Below, one piece after another: positions 11,896 to 26,169 of a DNA stretch of 64,000 nt (its first letter is position 1; every line of letters begins with the position of its first letter). The translations under genes and the position numbers were made by a program. The DNA is from the human T2T-CHM13v2.0 reference genome, Homo sapiens, in NCBI RefSeq assembly GCF_009914755.1, contig NC_060925.1. One strand, written 5' to 3'. The notes beneath the pieces are model-generated. The model was not told the origin of the DNA, did no database searches, and saw only the letters and a program-made list of their open reading frames with translations.

Positions 11896-13594
11896 GAATG
11901 CACACAACACAAGGAAGTTACTGGGAATTCTTCTGTCTAGCCTTACATGAAAAAACCCGTTTCCAACGAAGGCCTCTAAGTGGTCAAAATATACACGTGC
12001 AGACTTTACAAACAGAGTGTTTCCAAACCGCTGAATGAAAAGAAAAGTTAAGCTCTGAGAGTTGAACGCACACATCACGCAGCAGTTTCTGAGAATGATT
12101 CTGTCTAGTTTTTATACGAAGATATTTCCTTTTCTGCCTTTGGCCCCAAAGCGCTTGAAATCTCCACTTGCAAATTCCACAAAAACAGTGTTTCAAATCT
12201 GCTCTCTCTAAATGAAAGTTCAACTCTGTCAGTTGAATACACACAACACAAGGAAGTTACTGAGAATTCTTCTGTCTAGCATAATATGCAGAAATCCCGT
12301 TTCCAACGAAGGCCTCAAAGGGGTCTGAATATCCACTTGCAGACTTTATAAACAGAGTGTTTACTAACTGCTCTATGAAAAGAAAGGTTAAACTCTGTGA
12401 GTTGAACACACACATCACAAAGGAGTTTCTGAGAATCATTCTGTCTAGTTTTTCTACGAAGATATTTCCTTTTCTACTATTGACCTGAAAGCGGCTGAAA
12501 TCTCCACTTGCAAATTCCACAAAAAGAGTGTTTCAAGTCTGCTCTGTGTAAAGGATCGTTCAACTCTGTGAGTAGAATACACACAACACAAGGAAGTCAC
12601 TGAGAATTCTTCTGTCTAGCAGAATATGAAGAAATCCCGTTTCCAACGAAGGCCTCAAGGAGGTCTGAATATCCACTTGCAGACTTTACAAACAGAGTGT
12701 TTCCTAACTGCTCTATGAAAAGAAAGGTTAAACTCTGTGAGTTGAACGCACACATCACAAAGGAGTTTATGAGAATCATTCTGTCTAGTTTCTATAAGAA
12801 GATATTTCCTATTCTACCATTGACCTCAAAGCGGCTGAAATCTCCACTTGCAAATTCGACAAAAAGAGTGTTTCAAGCCTGCTCTCTGTAAAGGATCCTT
12901 CAACTCTGTGAGTTGAATACACACAACACAAGGAAGTTACTGAGAATTATTCTGTCTAGCATAATATGAAGAAATCCCGTTTCCAACGAAGGCCTCAAAG
13001 AGGTCTGAATATCCACTTGCAGACTTTACAAACAGAGTGTTTCCTAACTGCTCTATGAGAAGAAAAGTTAAACTCTGTGAGTTGAACGCACACATCACAA
13101 AAGATTTTCTGAGAATCATTCTGTCTAGTCTTTATATGAAGATAGTTTCCTTTTCTACCATTGACCTCAAAGCGGCTGAAATCTCCACTTGCAAATTCCA
13201 CAAAAAGAGTGTTTCAAGTCTGCTCTGTGTAAAGGATCGTTCAACTCTGTGAGTTGAATACACACAACACAAGGAAGTTACTGAGAATTCTTCTGTCTAG
13301 CAGAATATGAAGAAATCCCGTTTCCAACGAAGGCCACAAGATGTCAGAATATCCACTTGCAGACTTTACAAACAGAGTGTTTCCTAACTGCTCTATGAAC
13401 AGAAAGGTTAAACTCTGTGAGTTGAACGAACACATCACAACGCAGTTTGTGGGAATGATTCTGTCTAGTTTTGAAACGAAGATATTTCCTTTTCTGCCGT
13501 TGACCTTAAAGCGCTTGAAATCTACACTTGCAAATTGCACAAATAGAGTGTTTCAAATCTGCTCTGTCTAAGGGAACGTTCAACTCTGTGAGTT
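11896..13594 (-). repeat. HOR unit U6, 10-mer A B F G H
   Basis: 1699-bp spacing; copy of U5. Confidence 0.9.
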
Positions 13595-15293
13595 GAATGC
13601 ACACAACACAAGGAAGTTACTGGGAATTCTTCTGTCTAGCCTTACATGAAAAAACCCGTTTCCAACGAAGGCCTCTAAGTGGTCAAAATATACACGTGCA
13701 GACTTTACAAACAGAGTGTTTCCAAACCGCTGAATGAAAAGAAAAGTTAAGCTCTGAGAGTTGAACGCACACATCACGCAGAAGTTTCTGAGAATGATTC
13801 TGTCTAGTTTTTATACGAAGATATTTCCTTTTCTGCCTTTGGCCCCAAAGCGCTTGAAATCTCCACTTGCAAATTCCACAAAAACAGTGTTTCAAATCTG
13901 CTCTCTCTAAATGAAAGTTCAACTCTGTCAGTTGAATACACACAACACAAGGAAGTTACTGAGAATTCTTCTGTCTAGCATAATATGAAGAAATCCCGTT
14001 TCCAACGAAGGCCTCAAAGGGGTCTGAATATCCACTTGCAGACTTTATAAACAGAGTGTTTACTAACTGCTCTATGAAAAGAAAGGTTAAACTCTGTGAG
14101 TTGAACACACACATCACAAAGGAGTTTCTGAGAATCATTCTGTCTAGTTTTTCTACGAAGATATTTCCTTTTCTACTATTGACCTGAAAGCGGCTGAAAT
14201 CTCCACTTGCAAATTCCACAAAAAGAGTGTTTCAAGTCTGCTCTGTGTAAAGGATCGTTCAACTCTGTGAGTTGAATACACACAACACAAAGAAGTTACT
14301 GAGAATTCTTCTGTCTAGCAGAATAGGAAGAAATCCCGTTTCCAACGAAGGCCTCAAAGAGGTCTGAATATCCACTTGCAGACTTTACAAACAGAGTGTT
14401 TCCTAACTGCTCTATGAAAAGAAAAGTTAAACTCTGTGAGTTGAACGCACACATCACAAAGGAGTTTATGAGAATCATTCTGTCTAGTTTCTATAAGAAG
14501 ATATTTCCTATTCTACCATTGACCTCAAAGCGGCTGAAATCTCCACTTGCAAATTCGACAAAAAGAGTGTTTCAAGCCTGCTCTCTGTAAAGGATCCTTC
14601 AACTCTGTGAGTTGAATACACACAACACAAGGAAGTTACTGAGAATTATTCTGTCTAGCATAATATGAAGAAATCCCGTTTCCAACGAAGGCCTCAAAGA
14701 GGTCTGAATATCCACTTGCAGACTTTACAAACAGAGTGTTTCCTAACTGCTCTATGAGAAGAAAAGTTAAACTCTGTGAGTTGAACGCACACATCACAAA
14801 AGATTTTCTGAGAATCATTCTGTCTAGTCTTTATATGAAGATAGTTTCCTTTTCTACCATTGACCTCAAAGCGGCTGAAATCTCCACTTGCAAATTCCAC
14901 AAAAAGAGTGTTTCAAGTCTGCTCTGTGTAAAGGATCGTTCAACTCTGTGAGTTGAATACACACAACACAAGGAAGTTACTGAGAATTCTTCTGTCTAGC
15001 AGAATATGAAGAAATCCCGTTTCCAACGAAGGCCACAAGATGTCAGAATATCCACTTGCAGACTTTACAAACAGAGTGTTTCCTAACTGCTCTATGAACA
15101 GAAAGGTTAAACTCTGTGAGTTGAACGAACACATCACAACGCAGTTTGTGGGAATGATTCTGTCTAGTTTTGAAACGAAGATATTTCCTTTTCTGCCGTT
15201 GACCTTAAAGCGCTTGAAATCTACACTTGCAAATTGCACAAATAGAGTGTTTCAAATCTGCTCTGTCTAAGGGAACGTTCAACTCTGTGAGTT
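13595..15293 (-). repeat. HOR unit U7, 10-mer A B C/F G H
   Basis: 1699-bp spacing; the third dimer has a C front (gaataggaag) and an F back (tttatgag, tctataag, ggatcc). Confidence 0.88.
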
Positions 15294-17672
15294 GAATGCA
15301 CACAACACAAGGAAGTTACTGGGAATTCTTCTGTCTAGCCTTACATGAAAAAACCCGTTTCCAACGAAGGCCTCTAAGTGGTCAAAATATACACGTGCAG
15401 ACTTTACAAACAGAGTGTTTCCAAACCGCTGAATGAAAAGAAAAGTTAAGCTCTGAGAGTTGAACGCACACACCACGCAGCAGTTTCTGAGAATGATTCT
15501 GTCTAGTTTTTATACGAAGATATTTCCTTTTCTGCCTTTGGCCCCAAAGCGCTTGAAATCTCCACTTGCAAATTCCACAAAAACAGTGTTTCAAATCTGC
15601 TCTCTCTAAATGAAAGTTCAACTCTGTCAGTTGAATACACACAACACAAGGAAGTTACTGAGAATTCTTCTGTCTAGCATAATATGAAGAAATCCCGTTT
15701 CCAACGAAGGCCTCAAAGGGGTCTGAATATCCACTTGCAGACTTTATAAACAGAGTGTTTACTAACTGCTCTATGAAAAGAAAGGTTAAACTCTGTGAGT
15801 TGAACACACACATCACAAAGGAGTTTCTGAGAATCATTCTGTCTAGTTTTTCTACGAAGATATTTCCTTTTCTACTATTGACCTGAAAGCGGCTGAAATC
15901 TCCACTTGCAAATTCCACAAAAAGAGTGTTTCAAGTCTGCTCTGTGGAAAGGATCGTTCAACTCTGTGAGTTGAATACACACAACACAAAGAAGTTACTG
16001 AGAATTCTTCTGTCTAGCAGAATAGGAAGAAATCCCGTTTCCAACGAAGGCCTCAAAGAGGTCTGAATATCCACTTGCAGACTTTACAAACAGAGTGTTT
16101 CCTAACTGCTCTATGAAAAGAAAAGTTAAACTCTGTGAGTTGAACGCACACATCACAAAGGAGTTTCTGAGAATCGTTCTGTCTAGTTTCTATAGGAAGA
16201 TATTTCCTATTCTACCATTGACCTCAAAGCGGCTGAAATCTCCACTTGCAAATTCCACAAAAAGAATGTTTCAAGTCTGCTCTGTGTAAAGGATCGTTCA
16301 ACTCTGTGAGTTGAATACACACAACACAAGGAAGTTACTGAGAATTATTCTGTCTAGCAGAATATGAAGAAATCCCGTTTCCAACGAAGGCCTCAAAGAG
16401 GTCTGAATATCCACTTGCAGACTTTACAAACAGAGTGTTTCCTAACTGCTCTATGAAAAGAAAAGTTAAACTCTGTGAGTTGAACGCACACATCACAAAG
16501 GAGTTTATGAGAATCATTCTGTCTAGTCTTTATACGAAGATATTTCCTTTTCTACCATTGTCCTCAAAGCGGCTGAAATCTCCACTTTCAAATTCCACAA
16601 AAAGAGTGTTTCAAGTCTGCTCTGTGTAAAGGATCGTTCAACTCTGTGAGTAGAATACACACAACACAAGGAAGTTACTGAGAATTCTTCTGTCTAGCAG
16701 AATATGAAGAAATCCCGTTTCCAACGAAGGCCTCAAGGAGGTCTGAATATCCACTTGCAGACTTTACAAACAGAGTGTTTCCTAACTGCTCTATGAAAAG
16801 AAAGGTTAAACTCTGTGAGTTGAACGCACACATCACAAAGGAGTTTATGAGAATCATTCTGTCTAGTTTCTATAAGAAGATATTTCCTATTCTACCATTG
16901 ACCTCAAAGCGGCTGAAATCTCCACTTGCAAATTCGACAAAAAGAGTGTTTCAAGCCTGCTCTCTGTAAAGGATCCTTCAACTCTGTGAGTTGAATACAC
17001 ACAACACAAGGAAGTTACTGAGAATTATTCTGTCTAGCATAATATGAAGAAATCCCGTTTCCAACGAAGGCCTCAAAGAGGTCTGAATATCCACTTGCAG
17101 ACTTTACAAACAGAGTGTTTCCTAACTGCTCTATGAGAAGAAAAGTTAAACTCTGTGAGTTGAACGCACACATCACAAAAGATTTTCTGAGAATCATTCT
17201 GTCTAGTCTTTATATGAAGATAGTTTCCTTTTCTACCATTGACCTCAAAGCGGCTGAAATCTCCACTTGCAAATTCCACAAAAAGAGTGTTTCAAGTCTG
17301 CTCTGTGTAAAGGATCGTTCAACTCTGTGAGTTGAATACACACAACACAAGGAAGTTACTGAGAATTCTTCTGTCTAGCAGAAGATGAAGAAATCCCGTT
17401 TCCAACGAAGGCCACAAGATGTCAGAATATCCACTTGCAGACTTTACAAACAGAGTGTTTCCTAACTGCTCTATGAACAGAAAGGTTAAACTCTGTGAGT
17501 TGAACGAACACATCACAACGCAGTTTGTGGGAATGATTCTGTCTAGTTTTGAAACGAAGATATTTCCTTTTCTGCCGTTGACCTTAAAGCGCTTGAAATC
17601 TACACTTGCAAATTGCACAAATAGAGTGTTTCAAATCTGCTCTGTCTAAGGGAACGTTCAACTCTGTGAGTT
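15294..17672 (-). repeat. HOR unit U8, 14-mer A B C D F G H
   Basis: 2379-bp spacing; dimer markers. Confidence 0.9.
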
Positions 17673-20050
17673 GAATGCACACAACACAAGGAAGTTACTG
17701 GGAATTCTTCTGTCTAGCCTTACATGAAAAAACCCGTTTCCAACGAAGGCCTCTAAGTGGTCAAAATATCCACGTGCAGACTTTACAAACAGAGTGTTTC
17801 CAAACCGCTGAATGAAAAGAAAAGTTAAACTCTGAGAGTTGAACGCACACATCACGCAGCAGTTTCTGAGAATGATTCTGTCTAGTTTTTATACGAAGAT
17901 ATTTCCTTTTCTGCCTTTGGCCCCAAAGCGCTTGAAATCTCCACTTGCAAATTCCACAAAAACAGTGTTTCAAATCTGCTCTCTCTAAATGAAAGTTCAA
18001 CTCTGTCAGTTGAATACACACAACACAAGGAAGTTACTGAGAATTCTTCTGTCTAGCATAATATGAAGAAATCCCGTTTCCAACGAAGGCCTCAAAGGGG
18101 TCTGAATATCCACTTGCAGACTTCATAAACAGAGTGTTTACTAACTGCTCTATGAAAAGAAAGGTTAAACTCTGTGAGTTGAACACACACATCACAAAGG
18201 AGTTTCTGAGAATCATTCTGTCTAGTTTTTCTACGAAGATATTTCCTTTTCTACTATTGACCTGAAAGCGGCTGAAATCTCCACTTGCAAATTCCACAAA
18301 AAGAGTGTTTCAAGTCTGCTCTGTGTAAAGGATCGTTCAACTCTGTGAGTTGAATACACACAACACAAGGAAGTTACTGAGAATTCTTCTTTCTAGCAGA
18401 ATAGGAAGAAATCCCGTTTCCAACGAAGGCCTCAAAGAGGTCTGAATATCCACTTGCAGACTTTACAAACAGAGTGTTTCCTAACTGCTCTATGAAAAGA
18501 AAAGTTAAACTCTGTGAGTTGAACGCACACATCACAAAGGAGTTTCTGAGAATCGTTCTGTCTAGTTTCTATAGGAAGATATTTCCTATTCTACCAATGA
18601 CCTCAAAGCGGCTGAAATCTCCACTTGCAAATTCCACAAAAAGAATGTTTCAAGTCTGCTCTGTGTAAAGGATCGTTCAACTCTGTGAGTTGAATACACA
18701 CAACACAAGGAAGTTACTGAGAATTATTCTGTCTAGCATAATATGAAGAAATCCCGTTTCCAACGAAGGCCTCAAAGAGGTCTGAATATCCACTTGCACA
18801 CTTTACAAACAGAGTGTTTCCTAACTGCTCTATGAAAAGAAAAGTTAAACTCTGTGAGTTGAACGCACACATCACAAAGGAGTTTATGAGAATCATTCTG
18901 TCTAGTCTTTATACGAAGATATTTCCTTTTCTACCATTGACCTCAAAGCGGCTGAAATCTCCACTTGCAAATTCCACAAAAAGAGTGTTTCAAGTCTGCT
19001 CTGTGTAAAGGATCGTTCAACTCTGTGAGTAGAATACACACAACACAAGGAAGTTACTGAGAATTCTTCTGTCTAGCAGAATATGAAGAAATCCCGTTTC
19101 CAACGAAGGCCTCAAGGAGGTCTGAATATCCACTTGCAGACTTTAAAACAGAGTGTTTCCTAACTGCTCTATGAACAGAAAGGTTAAACTCTGTGAGTTG
19201 AACGCACACATCACAAAGGAGTTTCTGAGAATCATTCTGTCTAGTCTTTATACGAAGATATTTACTTTTCTACCATTGACTTCAAAGCGGCTGAAATCTC
19301 CACTTGCAAATTCCACAAAAAGAGTGTTTCAAGTCTGCTCTGTGTAAAGGATCATTCAACTCTGTGAGTTGAATAAACACAACACAAGGAAGTTACTGAG
19401 AATTATTCTGTCTAGCATAATATGAAGAAATCCCGTTTCCAACGAAGGCCTCAAAGAGGTCTGAATATCCACTTGCAGACTTTACAAACAGAGTGTTTCC
19501 TAACTGCTCTATGAGAAGAAAAGTTAAACTCTGTGAGTTGAACGCACACATCACAAAAGATTTTCTGAGAATCATTCTGTCTAGTCTTTATATGAAGATA
19601 GTTTCCTTTTCTACCATTGACCTCAAAGCGGCTGAAATCTCCACTTGCAAATTCCGCAAAAAGAGTGTTTCAAGTCTGCTCTGTGTAAAGGATCGTTCAA
19701 CTCTGTGAGTTGAATACACACAACACAAGGAAGTTACTGAGAATTCTTCTGTCTAGCAGAAGATGAAGAAATCCCGTTTCCAACGAAGGCCACAGGATGT
19801 CAGAATATCCACTTGCAGACTTTACAAACAGAGTGTTTCCTAACTGCTCTATGAACAGAAAGGTTAAACTCTGTGAGTTGAACGAACACATCACAACGCA
19901 GTTTGTGGGAATGATTCTGTCTAGTTTTGAAACGAAGATATTTCCTTTTCTGCCGTTGACCTTAAAGCGCTTGAAATCTACACTTGCAAATTGCACAAAT
20001 AGAGTGTTTCAAATCTGCTCTGTCTAAGGGAACGTTCAACTCTGTGAGTT
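17673..20050 (-). repeat. HOR unit U9, 14-mer A B C D E G H
   Basis: F absent; E has a 1-bp deletion (ctttaaaaca, 19141). Confidence 0.9.
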
Positions 20051-22430
20051 GAATGCACACAACACAAGGAAGTTACTGGGAATTCTTCTGTCTAGCCTTA
20101 CATGGAAAAAACCCGTTTCCAACGAAGGCCTCTAAGTGGTCAAAATATCCACGTGCAGACTTTACAAACAGAGTGTTTCCAAACCGCTGAATGAAAAGAA
20201 AAGTTAAACTCTGAGAGTTCAACGCACACATCACGCAGCAGTTTCTGAGAATGATTCTGTCTAGTTTTTATACGAAGATATTTCCTTTTCTGCCTTTGGC
20301 CCCAAAGCGCTTGAAATCTCCACTTGCAAATTCCACAAAAACAGTGTTTCAAATCTGCTCTCTCTAAATGAAAGTTCAACTCTGTCAGTTGAATACACAC
20401 AACACAAGGAAGTTACTGAGAATTCTTCTGTCTAGCATAATATGAAGAAATCCCGTTTCCAACGAAGGCCTCAAAGGGGTCTGAATATCCACTTGCAGAC
20501 TTTATAAACAGAGTGTTTACTAACTGCTCTATGAAAAGAAAGGTTAAACTCTGTGAGTTGAACACACACATCACAAAGGAGTTTCTGAGAATCATTCTGT
20601 CTAGTTTTTCTACGAAGATATTTCCTTTTCTACTATTGACCTGAAAGCGGCTGAAATCTCCAATTGCAAATTCCACAAAAACAGTGTTTCAAGTCTGCTC
20701 TGTGTAAAGGATCGTTCAACTCTGTGAGTTGAATACACACAACACAAGGAAGTTACTGAGAATTCTTCTGTCTAGCAGAATAGGAAGAAATCCCGTTTCC
20801 AACGAAGGCCTCAAAGAGGTCTGAATATCCACTTGCAGACTTTACAAACAGAGTGTTTCCTAACTGCTCTATGAAAAGAAAAGTTAAACTCTGTGAGTTG
20901 AACGCACACATCACAAAGGAGTTTCTGAGAATCGTTCTGTCTAGTTTCTATAGGAAGATATTTCCTATTCTACCATTGACCTCAAAGCGGCTGAAATCTC
21001 CACTTGCAAATTCCACAAAAAGAATGTTTCAAGTCTGCTCTGTGTAAAGGATCGTTCAACTCTGTGAGTTGAATACACACAACACAAGGAAGTTACTGAG
21101 AATTATTCTGTATAGCATAATATGAAGAAATCCCGTTTCCAGCGAAGGCCTCAAAGAGGTCTGAATATCCACTTGCAGACTTTAGAAACAGAGTGTTTCC
21201 TAACTGCTCTATGAAAAGAAAAGTTAAACTCTGTGAGTTGAACGCACACATCACAAAGGAGTTTATGAGAATCATTCTGTCTAGTCTTTATACGAAGATA
21301 TTTCCTTTTCTACCATTGACCTCAAAGCGGCTGAAATCTCCACTTTCAAATTCCACAAAAAGAGTGTTTCAAGTCTGCTCTGTGTAAAGGATCGTTCATC
21401 TCTGTGAGTAGAATACACACAACACAAGGAAGTTACTGAGAATTCTTCTGTCTAGCAGAATATGTAGAAATCCCGTTTCCAACGAAGGCCTCAAGGAGGT
21501 CTGAATATCCACATGCAGACTTTACAAACAGAGTGTTTCCTAACTGCTCTATGAAAAGAAAGGTTAAACTCTGTGAGTTGAACGCACACATCACAAAGGA
21601 GTTTATGAGAATCATTCTGTCTAGTTTCTATAAGAAGATATTTCCTATTCTACCATTGACCTCAAAGCGGCTGAAATCTCCACTTGCAAATTCCACAAAA
21701 AGAGTGTTTCAAGCCTGCTCTCTGTAAAGGATCCTTCAACTCTGTGAGTTGAATACACACAACACAAGGAAGTTACTGAGAATTATTCTGTCTAGCATAA
21801 TATGAAGAAATCCCGTTTCCAACGAAGGCCTCAAAGAGGTCTGAATATCCACTTGCAGACTTTACAAACAGAGTGTTTCCTAACTGCTCTATGAGAAGAA
21901 AAGTTAAACTCTGTGAGTTGAACGCACACATCACAAAAGATTTTCTGAGAATCATTCTGTCTAGTCTTTATATGAAGATAGTTTCCTTTTCTACCATTGA
22001 CCTCAAAGCGGCTGAAATCTCCACTTGCAAATTCCACAAAAAGAGTGTTTCAAGTCTGCTCTGTGTAAAGGATCGTTCAACTCTGTGAGTTGAATACACA
22101 CAACACAAGGAAGTTACTGAGAATTCTTCTGTCTAGCAGAATATGAAGAAATCCCGTTTCCAAAGAAGGCCACAAGATGTCAGAATATCCACTTGCAGAC
22201 TTTACAAACAGAGTGTTTCCTAACTGCTCTATGAACAGAAAGGTTAAACTCTGTGAGTTGAACGAACACATCACAACGCAGTTTGTGGGAATGATTCTGT
22301 CTAGTTTTGAAACGAAGATATTTCCTTTTCTGCCGTTGACCTTAAAGCGCTTGAAATCTACACTTGCAAATTGCACAAATAGAGTGTTTCAAATCTGCTC
22401 TGTCTAAGGGAACGTTCAACTCTGTGAGTT
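20051..22430 (-). repeat. HOR unit U10, 14-mer A B C D F G H
   Basis: 2380-bp spacing; dimer markers. Confidence 0.9.
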
Positions 22431-24470
22431 GAATGCACACAACACAAGGAAGTTACTGGGAATTCTTCTGTCTAGCCTTACATGAAAAAAACCCGTTTCC
22501 AACGAAGGCCTCTAAGTGGTCAAAATATCCACGTGCAGACTTTACAAACAGAGTGTTTCCAAACCGCTGAATGAAAAGAAAAGTTAAGCTCTGAGAGTTG
22601 AACGCACACATCACGCAGCAGTTTCTGAGAATGATTCTGTCTAGTTTTTATACGAAGATATTTCCTTTTCTGCCTTTGGCCCCAAAGCGCTTGAAATCTC
22701 CACTTGCAAATTCCACAAAAACAGTGTTTCAAATCTGCTCTCTCTAAATGAAAGTTCAACTCTGTCAGTTGAATACACACAACACAAGGAAGTTACTGAG
22801 AATTCTTCTGTCTAGCATAATATGAAGAAATCCCGTTTCCAACGAAGGCCTCAAAGGGGTCTGAATATCCACTTGCAGACTTTATAAACAGAGTGTTTAC
22901 TAACTGCTCTATGAAAAGAAAGGTTAAACTCTGTGAGTTGAACACACACATCACAAAGGAGTTTCTGAGAATCATTCTGTCTAGTTTTTCTACGAAGATA
23001 TTTCCTTTTCTACTATTGACCTGAAAGCGGCTGAAATCTCCACTTGCAAATTCCACAAAAACAGTGTTTCAAGTCTGCTCTGTGTAAAGGATCGTTCAAC
23101 TCTGTGAGTTGAATACACACAACACAAGGAAGTTACTGAGAATTATTCTGTCTAGCATAATATGAAGAAATCCCGTTTCCAACGAAGGCCTCAAGGAGGT
23201 CTGAATATCCACTTGCAGACTTTACAAACAGAGTGTTTCCTAACTGCTCTATGAACAGAAAGGTTAAACTCTGTGAGTTGAACGCACACATCACAAAGGA
23301 GTTTCTGAGAATCATTCTGTCTAGTCTTTATACGAAGATATTTACTTTTCTACCATTGACTTCAAAGCGGCTGAAATCTCCACTTGCAAATTCCACAAAA
23401 AGAGTGTTTCAAGTCTGCTCTGTGTAAAGGATCATTCAACTCTGTGAGTTGAATAAACACAACACAAGGAAGTTACTGAGAATTATTCTGTCTAGCAGAA
23501 TATGAAGAAATCCCGTTTCCAACGAAGGCCTCAAGGAGGTCTGAATATCCACTTGCAGACTTTACAAACAGAGTGTTTCCTAACTGCTCTATGAAAAGAA
23601 AGGTTAAGCTCTGTGAGTTGAACGCACACATCACAAAGGAGTTTATGAGAATCATTCTGTCTAGTTTCTATAAGAAGATATTTCCTATTCTACCATTGAC
23701 CTCAAAGCGGCTGAAATCTCCACTTGCAAATTCGACAAAAAGAGTGTTTCAAGCCTGCTCTCTGTAAAGGATCCTTCAACTCTGTGAGTTGAATACACAC
23801 AACACAAGGAAGTTACTGAGAATTATTCTGTCTAGCATAATATGAAGAAATCCCGTTTCCAACGAAGGCCTCAAAGAGGTCTGAATATCCACTTGCAGAC
23901 TTTACAAACAGAGTGTTTCCTAACTGCTCTATGAGAAGAAAAGTTAAACTCTGTGAGTTGAACGCACACATCACAAAAGATTTTCTGAGAATCATTCTGT
24001 CTAGTCTTTATATGAAGATAGTTTCCTTTTCTACCATTGACCTCAAAGCGGCTGAAATCTCCACTTGCAAATTCCACAAAAAGAGTGTTTCAAGTCTGCT
24101 CTGTGTAAAGGATCGTTCAACTCTGTGAGTTGAATACACACAACACAAGGAAGTTACTGAGAATTCTTCTGTCTAGCAGAATATGAAGAAATCCCGTTTC
24201 CAACGAAGGCCACAAGATGTCAGAATATCCACTTGCAGACTTTACAAACAGAGTGTTTCCTAACTGCTCTATGAACAGAAAGGTTAAACTCTGTGAGTTG
24301 AACGAACACATCACAACGCAGTTTGTGGGAATGATTCTGTCTAGTTTTGAAACGAAGATATTTCCTTTTCTGCCGTTGACCTTAAAGCGCTTGAAATCTA
24401 CACTTGCAAATTGCACAAATAGAGTGTTTCAAATCTGCTCTGTCTAAGGGAACGTTCAACTCTGTGAGTT
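22431..24470 (-). repeat. HOR unit U11, 12-mer A B D/E F G H
   Basis: 2040 bp; the third dimer has a D-type front (attattc, gcataat) and an E body. Confidence 0.87.
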
Positions 24471-26169
24471 GAATGCACACAACACAAGGAAGTTACTGGG
24501 AATTCTTCTGTCTAGCCTTACATGAAAAAACCCGTTTCCAACGAAGGCCTCTAAGTGGTCAAAATATCCACGTGCAGACTTTACAAACAGAGTGTTTCCA
24601 AACCGCTGAATGAAAAGAAAAGTTAAACTCTGAGAGTTGACCGCACACATCACGCAGCAGTTTCTGAGAATGATTCTGTCTAGTTTTTATACGAAGATAT
24701 TTCCTTTTCTGCCTTTGGCCCCAAAGCGCTTGAAATCTCCACTTGAAAATTCCACAAAAACAGTGTTTCAAATCTGCTCTCTCTAAATGAAAGTTCAACT
24801 CTGTCAGTTGAATACACACAACACAAGGAAGTTACTGAGAATTCTTCTGTCTAGCATAATATGAAGAAATCCCGTTTCCAACGAAGGCCTCAAAGGGGTC
24901 TGAATATCCACTTGCAGACTTCATAAACAGAGTGTTTACTAACTGCTCTATGAAAAGAAAGGTTAAACTCTGTGAGTTGAACACACACATCACAAAGGAG
25001 TTTCTGAGAATCATTCTGTCTAGTTTTTCTACGAAGATATTTCCTTTTCTACTATTGACCTGAAAGCGGCTGAAATCTCCACTTGCAAATTCCACAAAAA
25101 GAGTGTTTCAAGTCTGCTCTGTGTAAAGGATCGTTCAACTCTGTGAGTTGAATACACGCAACACAAGGAAGTTACTGAGAATTCTTCTGTCTAGCAGAAT
25201 AGGAAGAAATCCCGTTTCCAACGAAGGCCTCAAAGAGGTCTGAATATCCACTTGCAGACTTTACAAACAGAGTGTTTCCTAACTGCTCTATGAAAAGAAA
25301 AGTTAAACTCTGTGAGTTGAACGCACACATCACAAAGGAGTTTCTGAGAATCATTCTGTCTAGTCTTTATACGAAGATATTTACTTTTCTACCATTGACT
25401 TCAAAGCGGCTGAAATCTCCACTTGCAAATTCCACAAAAAGAGTGTTTCAAGTCTGCTCTGTGTAAAGGATCATTCAACTCTGTGAGTTGAATAAACACA
25501 ACACAAGGAAGTTACTGAGAATTATTCTGTCTAGCATAATATGAAGAAATCCCGTTTCCAACGAAGGCCTCAAAGAGGTCTGAATATCCACATGCAGACT
25601 TTACAAACAGAGTGTTTCCTAACTGCTCTATGAGAAGAAAAGTTAAACTCTGTGAGTTGAACGCACACATCACAAAAGATTTTCTGAGAATCATTCTGTC
25701 TAGTCTTTATATGAAGATAGTTTCCTTTTCTACCATTGACCTCAAAGCGGCTGAAATCTCCACTTGCAAATTCCACAAAAAGAGTGTTTCAAGTCTGCTC
25801 TGTGTAAAGGATCGTTCAACTCTGTGAGTTGAATACACACAACACAAGGAAGTTACTGAGAATTCTTCTGTCTAGCAGAAGATGAAGAAATCCCGTTTCC
25901 AACGAAGGCCACAAGATGTCAGAATATCCACTTGCAGACTTTACAAACAGAGTGTTTCCTAACTGCTCTATGAACAGAAAGGTTAAACTCTGTGAGTTGA
26001 ACGAACACATCACAACGCAGTTTGTGGGAATGATTCTGTCTAGTTTTGAAACGAAGATATTTCCTTTTCTGCCGTTGACCTTAAAGCGCTTGAAATCTAC
26101 ACTTGCAAATTGCACAAATAGAGTGTTTCAAATCTGCTCTGTCTAAGGGAACGTTCAACTCTGTGAGTT
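24471..26169 (-). repeat. HOR unit U12, 10-mer A B C/E G H
   Basis: 1699 bp; C front joined to E back (tttacttt, atcattc, aataaac). Confidence 0.88.
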
